Source: Selaginella moellendorffii (Eukaryota > Plantae > Lycopodiophyta). Taken from it: DNA of 64,000 nucleotides. The first letter of the stretch is position 1. Every line of letters begins with the position of its first letter. Made by a program: the position numbers and the translations under genes. Under the pieces are notes generated by a model. That model had not been told where the DNA came from. It saw only the letters and a list, made by a program, of their open reading frames with translations, and made no database searches. Positions 1 through 11,349 of the stretch are shown one piece after another. The stretch spans positions 26,407 to 90,406 of the forward strand of contig NW_003314283.1 in NCBI RefSeq assembly GCF_000143415.4. The letters are read 5' to 3'.

Positions 1-870
1 ATCTCAAATTGCAATGACCCAGCTGCTTGAAGAAATCGAAACTCAAGAGGTAGACATAGATCATGACCACGGATCCCCCACCAAGAGCCATGACACCGAT
101 GATTGGAATCGCAATAAGCGCAGATTGTATCAATTCCTCGAGGAAAGTTCTTGTTCCAGCTGCCAAGCAACAACGATAAGTGGATCTTGTAGAAGTAGAA
201 TCGAAAGAGCTTTGCTTGCATACCGGTTGCTGGCTCTGGAGTAGTGGACGCGTGATGGAGCGAGTGATAGTTGCAAAAGAGTATGTGAGAGCTATGCATT
301 GCTCGGTGGACAAAGTAGTAAATCGGCTCCGTGAAGACGACATGGAAGAAGACGAGTAGTAGAAGCCCAGTCCAGTTGAAAAGCGGGAGATCTCTAAAGG
401 CAGGGATCCAAACATGGGCTGCCGCTAATGCCAGGGACTGGAAGATCATATGGTTGTCACTGGAGAGGACAAAAACCATTAGACACACCGAGCAAAGAAT
501 CGAATCCAAGTTACCAGTGGAATTCCCGATCCACTTGCTCGTAGCTCAGCGCAAACTGTTGAATCTGGTACTTCTTGACAAGGAAGTAGAGCCTGGAGAC
601 CGTGATCCATGCCTGCTGCTGGAGGTACCTCAAGAAAACGAGGAGGACGAGATGGAACCACCAGGAATCGGTGGAAGAATGCCGAGCGGCGAAAAAATGG
701 GAGTGCGCCGCTTTAGCGACAAATGGCGCAAACATTATGTACTGCATGGCGAGCGAGCGAGCGATCGATTGTCAGCCAAGAAACCAAAAAGAGAGGAGAG
801 GGCCACAAACCTTGAGATTCCCGAGCGTTTCCCATGGCCAATCGGCCAGTGGAGCAGTCGACACGCCCAT
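1..870 (-). CDS. CER3: CER1/CER3 (WAX2-like) cuticular alkane biosynthesis protein, 5' part (4 exons; continues off the window)
   Basis: Spliced translation MGVSTAPLADWPWETLGNLK|YIMFAPFVAK...YEQVDREFH|..DNHMIFQ...YYFVHRAMH...YHSLHHASTTPEPAT|AGTRTFLEE...LGHCN, with desaturase-type His boxes. Exons are approximately 870-811, 741-515, 459-224 and 159-1, all GT-AG. AGxxTxLE and the EFHx-DN context fit CER3 better than CER1. Confidence 0.85.
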
Positions 871-2442
871 GGAGGACGGAAGGATCGCCGCGATATTTCC
901 CCGGAGAGGGTTTCGATCGATCGGCGCTGCTACGGGAATGCGATATTTCGGAGCCGATTCACGCGATGCGCTGCCCGAGGGTCTGATCAAGAACCAAGAA
1001 AGCTAGAGGGAGCGAGATGGGGAGGAAATCTGCGAGCTAGAGGCGATCCAGAGGAGAGAATCGCTGGAAATCTGCGCTGCGATGGAATGGTGACTTACAT
1101 TCGCGAGATTTATAGCGGCGGCAACGATCAAGACGACCTCGCGAGAAGCGAGAGAAGAAGCATCGGCGAAGATGAGCGCTGCGCGACGCAGTCGTCTCGG
1201 TCGTCGCCCTGGATTCTCCTCCTCTTCTTTGAAGCCCTTGGACTCTCATCGCTCTCCCTCGCGTTAGTTGCTAATAGCGCGTTGCGCGCATTGAATGAGC
1301 GACAGCCTTTAACAGAGGCACACACACACACGGAGAAAAAATTTCAACCAAAGTCAACCCCTCGCGAATCTCGGCCGTCCGCGTGGCGTGCATGCGCACC
1401 CCGCCACGCGGGATACAGCGTGGCATAGTCTGCCACCTGTCTGACACGCCAGCGCCAAGAGGAGTGACACGTGGCGGTCACCGCAGTCAACGCCTCTATT
1501 ACGGGGATTGACAATATTTTTCCCGCAGGCCGCGGCGTTGAATTGACCGCTTGACCACCCAACGCCAGTCCAACGCTACCAAATCTTTAAAGGAAAGTAG
1601 AGCACAAATCAAAGAGAGGAGCTTCTCGTTAGAATTTTTTAAGTGTGTCCGTAAAGAACTTTTGATCTCCAATAGCTTCTATACTTCTTCCACCTGAGAA
1701 GCAAAGCTATGGATTGAAAGGATGTTTAAGTTTGTCCGCAAAGTACTTTCACTTCTATGCTTACACCTGCGATAGCGAGCAAATAGATTTAGTGTCGAAA
1801 GAAACGCTCAAGAAAACCATACCGCGAGTAGATCTTCTTTGAGCGAAGCACTCCAACACAATGTACTCGTCTTTGATTAAACTCGTGGCATGGTTTTTGT
1901 GATCAAACTTTAGCTTTTACTGAGAGACAAACGAGAGAGAGGGAACGTTTTTGTCTGCGTAGAAGTAAAAGCTTACCAGGCTGGGCGGGGAGAATGAAGT
2001 CCTTGTTCGTCTGTGCTGGCTCTCAGAGCAGTAGAAAGGGCAGCAGTGTCTCCGAGAGACGACAGAGCACAGTGGAGCTGCAAGAACAGCAACAGCCATT
2101 CCACCACCAACACATTGATTGTCACTTTGTATCCAACTCCAAATCATCGTCCTATGAGCCACTATGGCCAACAAGAAAGTAGAAGCGAAGATAAGCAAAA
2201 ACGAGGAATAAAGATAAGGAACANNNNNNNNNNNNNNNNNNNNNNNNNNNNNNNNNNNNNNNNNNNNNNNNNNNNNNNNNNNNNNNNNNNNNNNNNNNNN
2301 NNNNNNNNNNNNNNNNNNNNNNNNNNNNNNNNNNNNNNNNNNNNNNNNNNNNNNNNNNNNNNNNNNNNNNNNNNNNNNNNNNNNNNNNNNNNNNNNNNNN
2401 NNNNGAATAAAGTCGAGATGGACATAGAAAGCGAGTTGACGA

Positions 2443-4171
2443 TTAGTGTACGTCTGTATCATCGTTAGCCAGCACAATCTCATTGGGATCAGCCACCGTA
2501 CAGCCTTTCTCGTGTTCTTCTTCATCTTCGAGACGGATTTCGTTGAAATCCACGACGGGACCCGCTGCAGAGCAGGTGTGTAAATGCAGGGCTGGAAAGG
2601 AAAACGAGATTATTTACCTTGAGCTCGTCCGGGTGTCGCGTCAAGCAAATACGGCAACTGCAGGAGGTCCAGAAAGTATTCCGTTTGAGGATTTTGGGCA
2701 TGCCCTGTGGAAAGAACGCCTTTATGTAAGCGAAGTTGGAACCCAATACGCAAGCATAAAAACGTACACATACCAGTAGGACCGGTTAGTTTTCTGTGAG
2801 GATCATATATAGGAGCCGTCTGTTGAAACGAAGAAGGAATCAAACTCTTTGTGAGCGAGAGGTTTTCGACCCAGTCCCGATGGATTTTGATGTCTGAACA
2901 CGCCCTGCCGACATATGGTGTCAAAGATGCACATTAAAAGGGACAAACTTACCGAGTCCTCACAACCCTCTCCAAAGGAAAACACGAGTGATAAGCTCGT
3001 GTTATTCCCAGCCATTCTTTGTCATAGGTGACCTCCAATGTTCCGTCGGCCGTGGGAAAATCAAAAACCTTCACAAGAAGATCGACAGTCAGTTTCAATG
3101 CTCGAGTTTAACACCAGAGAAACCTGCAGAAACGGGCGACCCGGTAGGCATTTGTCCAACGCTAAGAACTTCGTAGTCTTCTCGTCACCATGCTTTACAA
3201 TAGCAGCAAACTTGGCATGAAGATGCGCCGAAAACCAATACGACGGTTTCAGATTCAGAAGCACATTTCTGGCAGGCACACTTCCCAAGACATTATCTGC
3301 AATCTAAACCGCGAACTCAACACAAAGAAAACAAGGATACCGGCAAGCTGACCTCTTGTTGAAGGAAGGGCTTGTAACGCAAAAGCCCCTGCAAGTCTCC
3401 ACATTGTGCGATACCTTGAGGCCAGTCGTGCGACATGAAAATGTCGATTGGTTCTTTGATTTGGAGAAGCTTGTGCACATCGTATTCACGGACGTGGAAA
3501 ACAGAACGTAGCTCATTAAGATTATAAGGAGGCCGCTCAAAATGCCCTGTTACAAAAATTATTATCAGAGACTCCAGAACAAGAGTGAATTACCTCGATG
3601 GTAGTCATGCTGCTTATAAATTCCTGACAAGCCACCGATTCTAAGCCCGCCAAACCAGATCACTCCGGCAGCTCCCAGATAATAGATGTTCGGAGCCACC
3701 CATCCTCCGTAGTATCTATAAGTTCCAACGTTAAAAGAACGAGCTAGAAAAAAAAAACATAGCTTTTTTCTAGCATGAACCCTTACAATTCCCACAAGTA
3801 GTTCGAGGCTTCGTGATTTCCTCCAATAAAAACAGTCGTGCACGGAGCAGTCTCTATTCCAGCGTAATATTTCCAAAAGCTGTTCATAGAGCGATACTTT
3901 GGAGGGCAAGCGAGCGACTGAAGATCAAGCTCATTCCTTACGGCCTGCGAAAATTAATCTTTCCTCTTGAGAAAATTTTCGACAGAATATCGACAAGCGA
4001 ACCTGGAAATCACCACAACACAGCAGCAGATCGATTTTCAAACCCTCGCTGGCCTCCACATGCCTCACAGTGGCGAAAATCTTGTCGAGCTCGCCGTGAG
4101 CGCAGCCAACGACGGCGACCTGCAAGAAACACAGCTGAGACAATGCGAGGAAACGCGCCACTCACGCGCAT
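2443..4171 (-). CDS. DBR1: RNA lariat debranching enzyme (multi-exon)
   Basis: MR|[15 protein letters not shown]...[55 protein letters not shown] and an acidic C-terminus ...[15 protein letters not shown]. The first coding exon is only 6 nt (ATG CGC, 4171-4166). Confidence 0.95.
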
Positions 4172-4563
4172 TGTCCGCTTGCTCTCATCCTGGAGCGCCA
4201 TTCCCTTCCCTCCAGAAAATCGAAGAACCCTAAAAACAAAAACCCCAAGCCACGGCAGCTGCCACGTCGCAAAACATAGTAAATGCACTGCCCGTGACAC
4301 GTCACCAGCCACGTCATAAAAAGATGTCGTGACAAACCCTACCTAAAAACTCTACACTTGGGGGCGAAGAACATAACAAGGTGAGAGCTTTCTTCTTCAA
4401 TGCGATGTCCCAAAAAATCTCCTCGATCGAATTCCACTCCAATTCTAGCTCAATTTTCTCACTCTCGCTCCCTGCGAACATCCCGCGATCAGTGAAAGAG
4501 CAAAAACAAATCCAGAGCTCACTCACCACTTGAATCTTTGCAGAGAAAAAAAGAGATCTTTCG
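4172..4563. promoter_or_regulatory. Bidirectional promoter region between DBR1 and MAPR
   Basis: Head-to-head start codons about 390 bp apart. Telo-box AAACCCTA at 4334-4341 and several CACGTC/ACGT cores at 4262-4316. Confidence 0.5.
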
Positions 4564-4890
4564 ATGGCTTACGCGAGAGTCGGGAACATCACTGCCGGAG
4601 AGCTCAAAAAATTCGATGGAAGCGACCCAACGCTGCCCGTGTGCGTTGCAATCCGGGGAAAAGTCTACAATGTCTCGAGCGCCACGAACTTCTACGGGCC
4701 GGGAGGACCATACGCCGTGTTCGCCGGAAAGGATGCTAGCCGAGGACTCGCAAAGATGAGCACCAAGCCGGACGAGGTGAGCGGCCCTCTCGATGATTTG
4801 AGCGAGAAGGAGATGACAACCTTACTCGACTGGGAGAAAAAGTTCTCCGATAAGTATCCCGTCGTTGGCGGCATTGTCTCGTCCGGATAA
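4564..4890 (+). CDS. Cytochrome b5-like heme/steroid-binding protein (soluble MAPR2-like)
   Basis: Single exon. ELKKFDGSDPTLPVCVAIRGKVYNVS..FYGPGGPYAVFAGKDASRGLAKMS...DWEKKFSDKYPVVG. No N-terminal TM segment. Confidence 0.93.
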   Translation: MAYARVGNITAGELKKFDGSDPTLPVCVAIRGKVYNVSSATNFYGPGGPYAVFAGKDASRGLAKMSTKPDEVSGPLDDLSEKEMTTLLDWEKKFSDKYPVVGGIVSSG

Positions 4891-5362
4891 GCAGTGCTTC
4901 CAGCGCTGGACGAAGAAGAAGAAGAAGAAGCATCAGTCCAAGTTGCACAGGTAGAAATACGAGAGCTTTCGTTTCTTACTTTCTTTCTTTGTTGTCTCGT
5001 TGTTTGTTTTTTGCCCCCTTGTGTATAAAGTCTGTGTTCTAAGTAGTACTAATTGGGAGGACCTGAGAGCTCGGAAGCTATGTTTCGCAGCGCTAGAACT
5101 GCCTGCACCTGCATTCAAGTGGAAAACGCTGAGTCAAAAGCTACAAATAATTAAAACAATGGATAAGGCGTGCACCTCTTTTATTGCGCTCGGAACACCT
5201 CCTCACAAAACTGTCCGTGTCGTTCTTCGAAACCTGGAATCTGGTTTAGAAAATGGGCATGCGAAGTAGCAGTGGTGGCAAGCTTACTTACCTTTGCAGT
5301 TCACGGACAAAATGCCCCTGGCGCCGCAAAACTGTGTGCCTCCTTTTCCTGGTGTCTCCTAG

Positions 5363-6730
5363 TTAGCTCTTGCTTGGAGGTGACGGCTTGCAATTTGGCT
5401 GCGGACTTCTCATTCCCTGGATAGCCGACACCGGTGTTCTCACGGGCATTGCGACTGTAAACTCTCCTGCCCTGGCTTTGGAATAGATATCATAGTCCGT
5501 GTCGTAGATCGACACCACCTTTTCCTTTGGTGAGTGGGAGCTGGAAGACGAACTGGCACCGCAATCCCTGGACGAAGAACTTTTCGGAGAAGACGCCAGT
5601 GCCTCGAGAAAAGCTGGCGGCTCGCTGTCCTCGGCAACTGTGAGGATCGGACCGTGAGCATGCTCGTATCGTATGAGCTGAAACGCCACCTTGTCAGCGG
5701 CAGCCACCATCCCTTTCTCGCATCTCTTTCCCTTCCAAACGTAAAGCTTGCTCGTCGTCTGAACGACAAAAGAGCCGCGAGAGTCGAGAGCATCAAAGCT
5801 CGGGTTGGCGACGGTCTTCGGCACCAGATAGAGAGGATCATACGCCGACTGCGGTGCAATCCTGTACATGCTCGTCGTCGACGGTTTGTTCTGAGCACCA
5901 ATGATCCTGGCTTGCCACTGCATGAGCTGGAAGACGAACCCCAAGTTTGGATTCGTAGAACCTCTGAGCGACTTCATCCGATCGAAAGCCTGGTCGAAAT
6001 TTTTCCTGTCTCGCCACATCATGTAGGCGATCACCAGCGCAGCGGACCTGGAAACTCCCTCGGAGCAATGCACCAGGACTTGGCAGCCAGCCTGCTCGCG
6101 AACGAGCTCCAGGAAATCGAAAACGTCGTAGAGCACGCACACTATATCCTCTGCCGGTGTGTCGTGGAGCCACAGCGTCTTGTACTGGAACTCCTTTGGA
6201 TAGTACTCGGGGCAGCAAAATCCCACACAGTTGAGAATGTGGGTGATCCGGCAGCTCTGGAGAACAGCGTAATTCTGGGCCGCGGATCTTCCACCCACGA
6301 ACAAATGCCCGAAGATTTGCGTGCACTGCTTGTCCTTCTCCACGGCCTTCTCCTCCTGCTGCTGCCAGTCCGAGAATTCCAGCGCCTCATCCTCTTCCGG
6401 GACAGACTTCTCGATGATCCCCAGATCCAGCTTGATATCCAGGCAGTTCTTCCCCTTCCTCAGCACCTTTTTCCCCTCGCTAGAAACCGAGAGTGACTGT
6501 AGAGGCGGACACAGTGTGTGCGTATCCCCATCGCTGTCCGTGTCCTCTCCAATCTCATTGCCACTCTCGGAGCTCTCCTCCGGGGACTGGACCGGCGCGT
6601 GACTCGACCATGAGATGGATCGCCATTGGTACCTCGGAGTGGCACAGCTGCTCGTGGACCGCGTCTTGACGAAGCTCTCGGACTTCATCATCCGGCGCCG
6701 CCTCGAAATATCCTCGCCTTCGTCGTCCAT
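5363..6730 (-). CDS. MKP1-like dual-specificity MAP kinase phosphatase with gelsolin-like domain
   Basis: Intronless. ITHILNCVGF..P.YY...YKTLWLHDTPAEDI, catalytic HCSEGVSRS, NPNLGFVFQL, then YRIAPQSAYDPLYLVPK...LDSRGSFVV...LYVWKGKRC. First in-frame ATG at 6730 (the ORF track starts at a TTG). Confidence 0.92.
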   Translation of the reverse strand: MDDEGEDISRRRRMMKSESFVKTRSTSSCATPRYQWRSISWSSHAPVQSPEESSESGNEIGEDTDSDGDTHTLCPPLQSLSVSSEGKKVLRKGKNCLDIKLDLGIIEKSVPEEDEALEFSDWQQQEEKAVEKDKQCTQIFGHLFVGGRSAAQNYAVLQSCRITHILNCVGFCCPEYYPKEFQYKTLWLHDTPAEDIVCVLYDVFDFLELVREQAGCQVLVHCSEGVSRSAALVIAYMMWRDRKNFDQAFDRMKSLRGSTNPNLGFVFQLMQWQARIIGAQNKPSTTSMYRIAPQSAYDPLYLVPKTVANPSFDALDSRGSFVVQTTSKLYVWKGKRCEKGMVAAADKVAFQLIRYEHAHGPILTVAEDSEPPAFLEALASSPKSSSSRDCGASSSSSSHSPKEKVVSIYDTDYDIYSKARAGEFTVAMPVRTPVSAIQGMRSPQPNCKPSPPSKS

Positions 6731-7197
6731 GGCCTGTGCTGATCGATGATCGCCCTCTCTCAAGCCCAGACTTGGCCGGGCAGCATCGTGCCCCTGGATC
6801 GATCAATCCGCGGAGAGAATCAGACCTGGGAGGATGTGACATTCGTCGCCGCTGCGCGCATTGTGCTGCCGGAGCCGTGCGCCGCGATGGATCGGTGGAG
6901 GCATCGCCATAGCCGGATTATCGTCGCCGCGCATTGCCGGATCGAAGAAACCCTGGAAGAGAATACTTGTCGCGATGGGAGGATGAAACCCTAGGGCGGA
7001 AGAAGAAAAGGCGCGGCATCTAACGGTCAGAGTGGAGCTTTTTATTTATTTCGTTCTCTTTTACCACCCAAGAATCGCAGCCGTTAAGTATCCCCACACA
7101 CAGAATCTTTTAAACACCTGGATCTTAAGATGAGATTGTTAAACCATTGGACCAAAGATTTACAAACCAATTGATAGTAACAAAACCTTTTTTTCGC

Positions 7198-9125
7198 CTA
7201 CATTGCAAACTTGGTCTTCATCTTGTTGATGATAGGAGCAATCTTGGGATTGTTCTCATACTTCGCGAGACTGGAAGGATTTTTCATCACTGCAAAGACC
7301 AAGCAAGCCACTTAAGTTCCACTCCAAAAAGATGCCTTTTTTACCGTCTTGAAGAGCGGACATGATCTCTGGATCCTGGAACGCAGCAAGGAGCTCCGGA
7401 TCCTGTCAAAAGAGGAGATGATCAAAAGATCAATCGATTCGAAGAGGAACTTTGCAAGAAGTTTGCAAGAACTTGGCAAGAACTTTGCAAGAAGCTAGAG
7501 CTTACGTTTAGTATCTTGCTCATGTCGACTCCTCCTGGCCCGCCTCCCATGCCGGGCATTCCTCCACCAAAGCCTCCAGGCATTCCACCAGGCATTCCAC
7601 CACCGAAGCCTCCTCCCTGAGGCATTCCACCGCCAAATCCTCCAGGCATTCCACCAGGGAAGCCACCACCACCACTCGGAGAAGTTGGCTTCTTTGCTCT
7701 CTCGTAAGCAGCCTGTTCAATTCAAATCCATGGATTAGAAACATGCCAGGAAAAACGAGAGGCAAACAAAGAAAAAGAGCTATGGAGTTTCTTTCGAACC
7801 TGAGCCTCTGCTTTGCGTCGCTGCCTCTCCTTCTCAGCCTTCTTCTCGGCACTTTCCTTGTGAAGACGCTCGTATTTCCTGCGGTGCTCTTCCAGCTTGT
7901 GAGCGTTTGGTTCCACCTACAAGAAAGTTCCATAGAAAAGTTCGTAAGCATCGAGAGTTTTGGTGCGTACCTTCTTAAGCATGGCGGCTATCTCCTCGTC
8001 ATAGTCGAGTTTCGAGGCTACGTGTAAGTCCTTTGCAGCCTCTTCCCACTGTCCCAGTAGAGCTTTTGCTTCTCCCCTCCATTTGTAGCCCCGAGCCGAA
8101 TCCGGATTCAACTACAAAGCTTCAAATGGTTAGACACAATTGCGAGATTAAAAAAGAGGGTTTTACCTTCAAAGCAGCATCAGCATCTCGGATTGCAGCG
8201 TTTGGCTTTTTCATCTTCACGTAGATACCAGCTGAAAAGAGGGAAAGTAAAACAAACACGAGACTTATCTTTTTGTGAGACTTTACATTACCTCGGTTGG
8301 CATAGAGCAGCGCAGATTTAGGATTGCTCACAATCGCTTCAGTTAGATATTTCACGCCTTCATCAAGATCACCTTTAAAAGCAGAAGAAAAACGTAATGA
8401 AAAATACCAACACAAGGTCGAGAAAAACTCGTGGCAGTATACCTTCAGCAATCGCCTCCAAGGCCTTGCTCTTGCAAAGCTGCGCATTGTCTTGCATTTC
8501 CTCCGTCACCTCGATAGAAGAATCACCCATCTGAATAAAAAAGAGACAACGTTTTTGCTGGAAGTAAGAAATGAAAGATTGCTACCTTCTGAGGAGGATC
8601 GTTGTCAGCGGGAACAATCCCATCTTCGTCGAGCTCAACCTCCGACTCGATGATCTCGGGTTCCTCCTCCACTTCAACCTTTGGCTTGTTACCAGAAAGT
8701 TCTTCAAGCTCTGGCATGTCTTCGTCGCTGTCTTGTGCAGCAGCAGCAGTAGCACCGGATGGAACTTTTGCTCCCAAACTGCATCCATTGTATCACAAGA
8801 CGAGAAAACCAAAAAAAGACAAACAAAACGAAAGAGAACTGTTCTCAAGCATCCAGCCATGAAAAGAAAAACCAATCACAAAAGCTACATTCGTGTTGTG
8901 AGACACAATCGAAAAATCGATCACAACAGAAATGAATCGAGAGGAGATTCACAACAAAACGCGAAAGGAAAAAGCAAAAGAAGAAAAGACAAGAAACCAA
9001 GAACTAGAGCTCTACCTTTCCAAGTAGTTTCTAAAGAATCGCAGCTGGGGAAGATGGAGCATGGCTGGATTCGCCTCGATCATCTGCACGAATTGCTTGA
9101 GCTCGGCGATCTTCGCTGCATCCAT
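7198..9125 (-). CDS. HIP: Hsc70-interacting protein (HIP/ST13): dimerisation domain, TPRs, GGMP repeats, STI1 domain
   Basis: [13 protein letters not shown]...LRFFRNYLE; [36 protein letters not shown]; GGMPGG repeats at 7525-7670; [14 protein letters not shown]; ends [18 protein letters not shown]. Confidence 0.93.
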
Positions 9126-9458
9126 GGCGATTTTGCTCCCCAAAAACCCTAACTTCTCATAAAACCCTAAAGTGGATAACGCTGCTAATTTTACAAGCAG
9201 AAAAATGCCAACTTTTTAAAACCATGCGACGACTTTTGGGCGGTGGTCGCACCTTTGACTTTTGGTCCCTCTTTGCGAACTTGCCAAAGGAAATTTAACA
9301 AATGGTTTCTTGGCGATGACCCACGACCTCTGCCGCAGTAGCAGCAAAATCCCAACTTTTTTCTTTGTCTCTTTCCACAATCCACTTCTTTGCTTTCGTT
9401 CTTGCAAGCTCCACAAAGTTTTCTAGATTTCAATCCATCACTAAATCCTCTCCAATTG

Positions 9459-9460
<2 letters not shown>

Positions 9461-9495
<35 letters not shown>
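9461..9495. repeat. (CT)n microsatellite in the 5' leader of the kelch gene
   Basis: About 17 CT units directly upstream of the ATG at 9504. Confidence 0.9.
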
Positions 9496-9499
<4 letters not shown>

Positions 9500-9503
9500 T
9501 CGG

Positions 9504-11242
9504 ATGAACAGTATGATCAACAAAGATGATCCTCCTCCCCTTCCTCTCGATCATCGCGACCCAATTGTCGCCATCCAGTTCGAGCTCAAGCGCTTGCGGC
9601 GCTCCAGTGTTAGGCTCCGGCGGGCGCTGCTAGGCCTCAGCGCCGCCTTCCTGGCACTAGCAGTGATCGTGGCCGCCATCGCTGGCTTGCAGGGCACCAA
9701 GATCTCGAGCCTGGACGATCGCCAAGGTCTGATTTCCAATCCCAACGTCGCCTTTGCGTCGAGAACTGGAAGGAAGAACTTGAATGGCCTCACCTATGGC
9801 GGGAGCTTGTTTCGAGGGAGTGGATTCTGGGCCATGAAACCGAGGTTACCATGTAAGATGATCTCTCTCTCTCTCTCTCTCCCAAGAAGATCTCGGACTC
9901 CATCTCGGCTAGTTGCGATTGTCTTTCTCATTCTCGTTTTTCTACAGATAATTTGGCCGATCACGCAGCTATTGGAGTGGATCCAGACGAGCTCATCTTT
10001 ATAATTGGAGGATCTCTCGTAGATGGAAATGTGACCAGCGATGTTTGGAAGTATGACACGGTGTTTCGAAACTACACAAAGGTGGCGCCAATGCCTGAGC
10101 CTCGTTATCGGTTTGGGGCGGCTTTGCTTGATAGTAAGAGGTGCTCTAAACTATTGGAGATTAAGTTTGATAGGTGGTGTTTTGCTTTGGTTTTTTTTTC
10201 ATTGTGACATACAGAGAAGATTTACGTTGTTGGTGGAAGAAATAGTTCGAGTCCAGAAAATATTGCTCTGGTGAAATCCACGCTTATTTACGACATCGCT
10301 AAGAATGAATGGAGCCGTGGAACCGATCAGATCGATTTTCATGGAGATACTTGCGCTGCCAGTGTCAATGGCAAGGTTTGTATTTTTTTAATAAATTTTT
10401 ATATATTTTCAATATTATTTTAATTCCAATGTCAACGCAGATTTATGTTGCTGGAGGCTATGGATTCGATTACAACTTTCTAAACAGCGTGGAAGTCTAT
10501 GATCCCGCCAAGAACCAATGGTCCAAGGTTCCAAACATGCCAACGCCACGAGGAGATCTTATGTGCGTAAGTTTTATGAACGAACTCTACGTTCTTGGAG
10601 GCTACTATGTAAGTTGGATCAAACCTCTCAAAGTTTTTACTTTCAAGTTTTTTACTTTTGTTTCATCAAGGATCCCACGAACAAAGGTGGCAATGCGTTT
10701 TTAGCCGCAATGGAATCGTTTAATCCTACCACTGGGCAGTGGACAAAACGACCAGACATGTTAACACCGCGTGGTGACGCAGTAAGTTACTATCCCATTT
10801 TCACTTGAAAAAGTAACTTTTGCACTAGGCTGCGTTGGTTCTTCCCGGGAACAAACTTATGATCGTCGGAGGCGAGGGCCATTACCGCGAGAAGGATATT
10901 TTCAAGTATCCCAAGCACGTAAACGAGGTAACTTTGGAAGTTCTCTACGTTTTCTCGAGCTTGGCTTGGATGATCTTTTTCGCTTTCAAGGTGTTCTATG
11001 GAGACGATCAAACTTGGGTCCAAAAAGCTATGATCCCAACGCCGAGATTTAGGACCGCTGGAGCTGTCGCTGGCGGAGTAGCTTTCGTTTTTGGAGGAGC
11101 CGACGTTTGCATCGCGGTGGATATCTGTCCCGTGCAAAACACCACCGAGACTTTCCTGGACGTGGATCATCCTCGCGTCTATCTGTATCTGAAAAACGAG
11201 GCATACAACGATAACTCGGAGAGCACTACTTATCCTGTGTGA
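9504..11242 (+). CDS. Kelch-repeat beta-propeller protein with N-terminal signal anchor (7 exons)
   Basis: Basic stretch then hydrophobic ALLGLSAAFLALAVIVAAIAGL, followed by about 6 kelch repeats (IFIIGG..VWKYD, IYVVGG..IYD..KNEW, IYVAGG..VEVYDP.KNQW, LYVLGG..ESFNP.TGQW, LMIVGG, AFVFGG). Exons join in frame at GT-AG sites. Confidence 0.88.
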
Positions 11243-11349
11243 TGCGAAGAGAGGCATAGGAAAGCTTTTACCTCTCTCGCTCTCGCTAGCTCGTGTAAAA
11301 AGTTCTTACCAGAGCGTTCATAAAATAGTTACAGAGCTGACGCTCATTC

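Noticed and set aside
331-1428. 365-aa plus-strand ORF
   Set aside because: It is antisense to CER3-like exons and its GC-rich promoter, starts at GTG and has no recognisable motif.
1620-2099. Possible small minus-strand spliced gene (MAVAVLAAPLCS...PSL|LKFDHK...STR|)
   Set aside because: Splice-like sites and a transit-peptide-like start are present, but the best acceptor leads straight to a stop and I recognise no homology. It may be a relic or UTR exons next to a gap.
5534-6496. 320-aa ORF antisense to the MKP1-like gene, and similar shadows over ENPP, exostosin and PPR genes
   Set aside because: These are shadow ORFs of GC-rich coding sequence.
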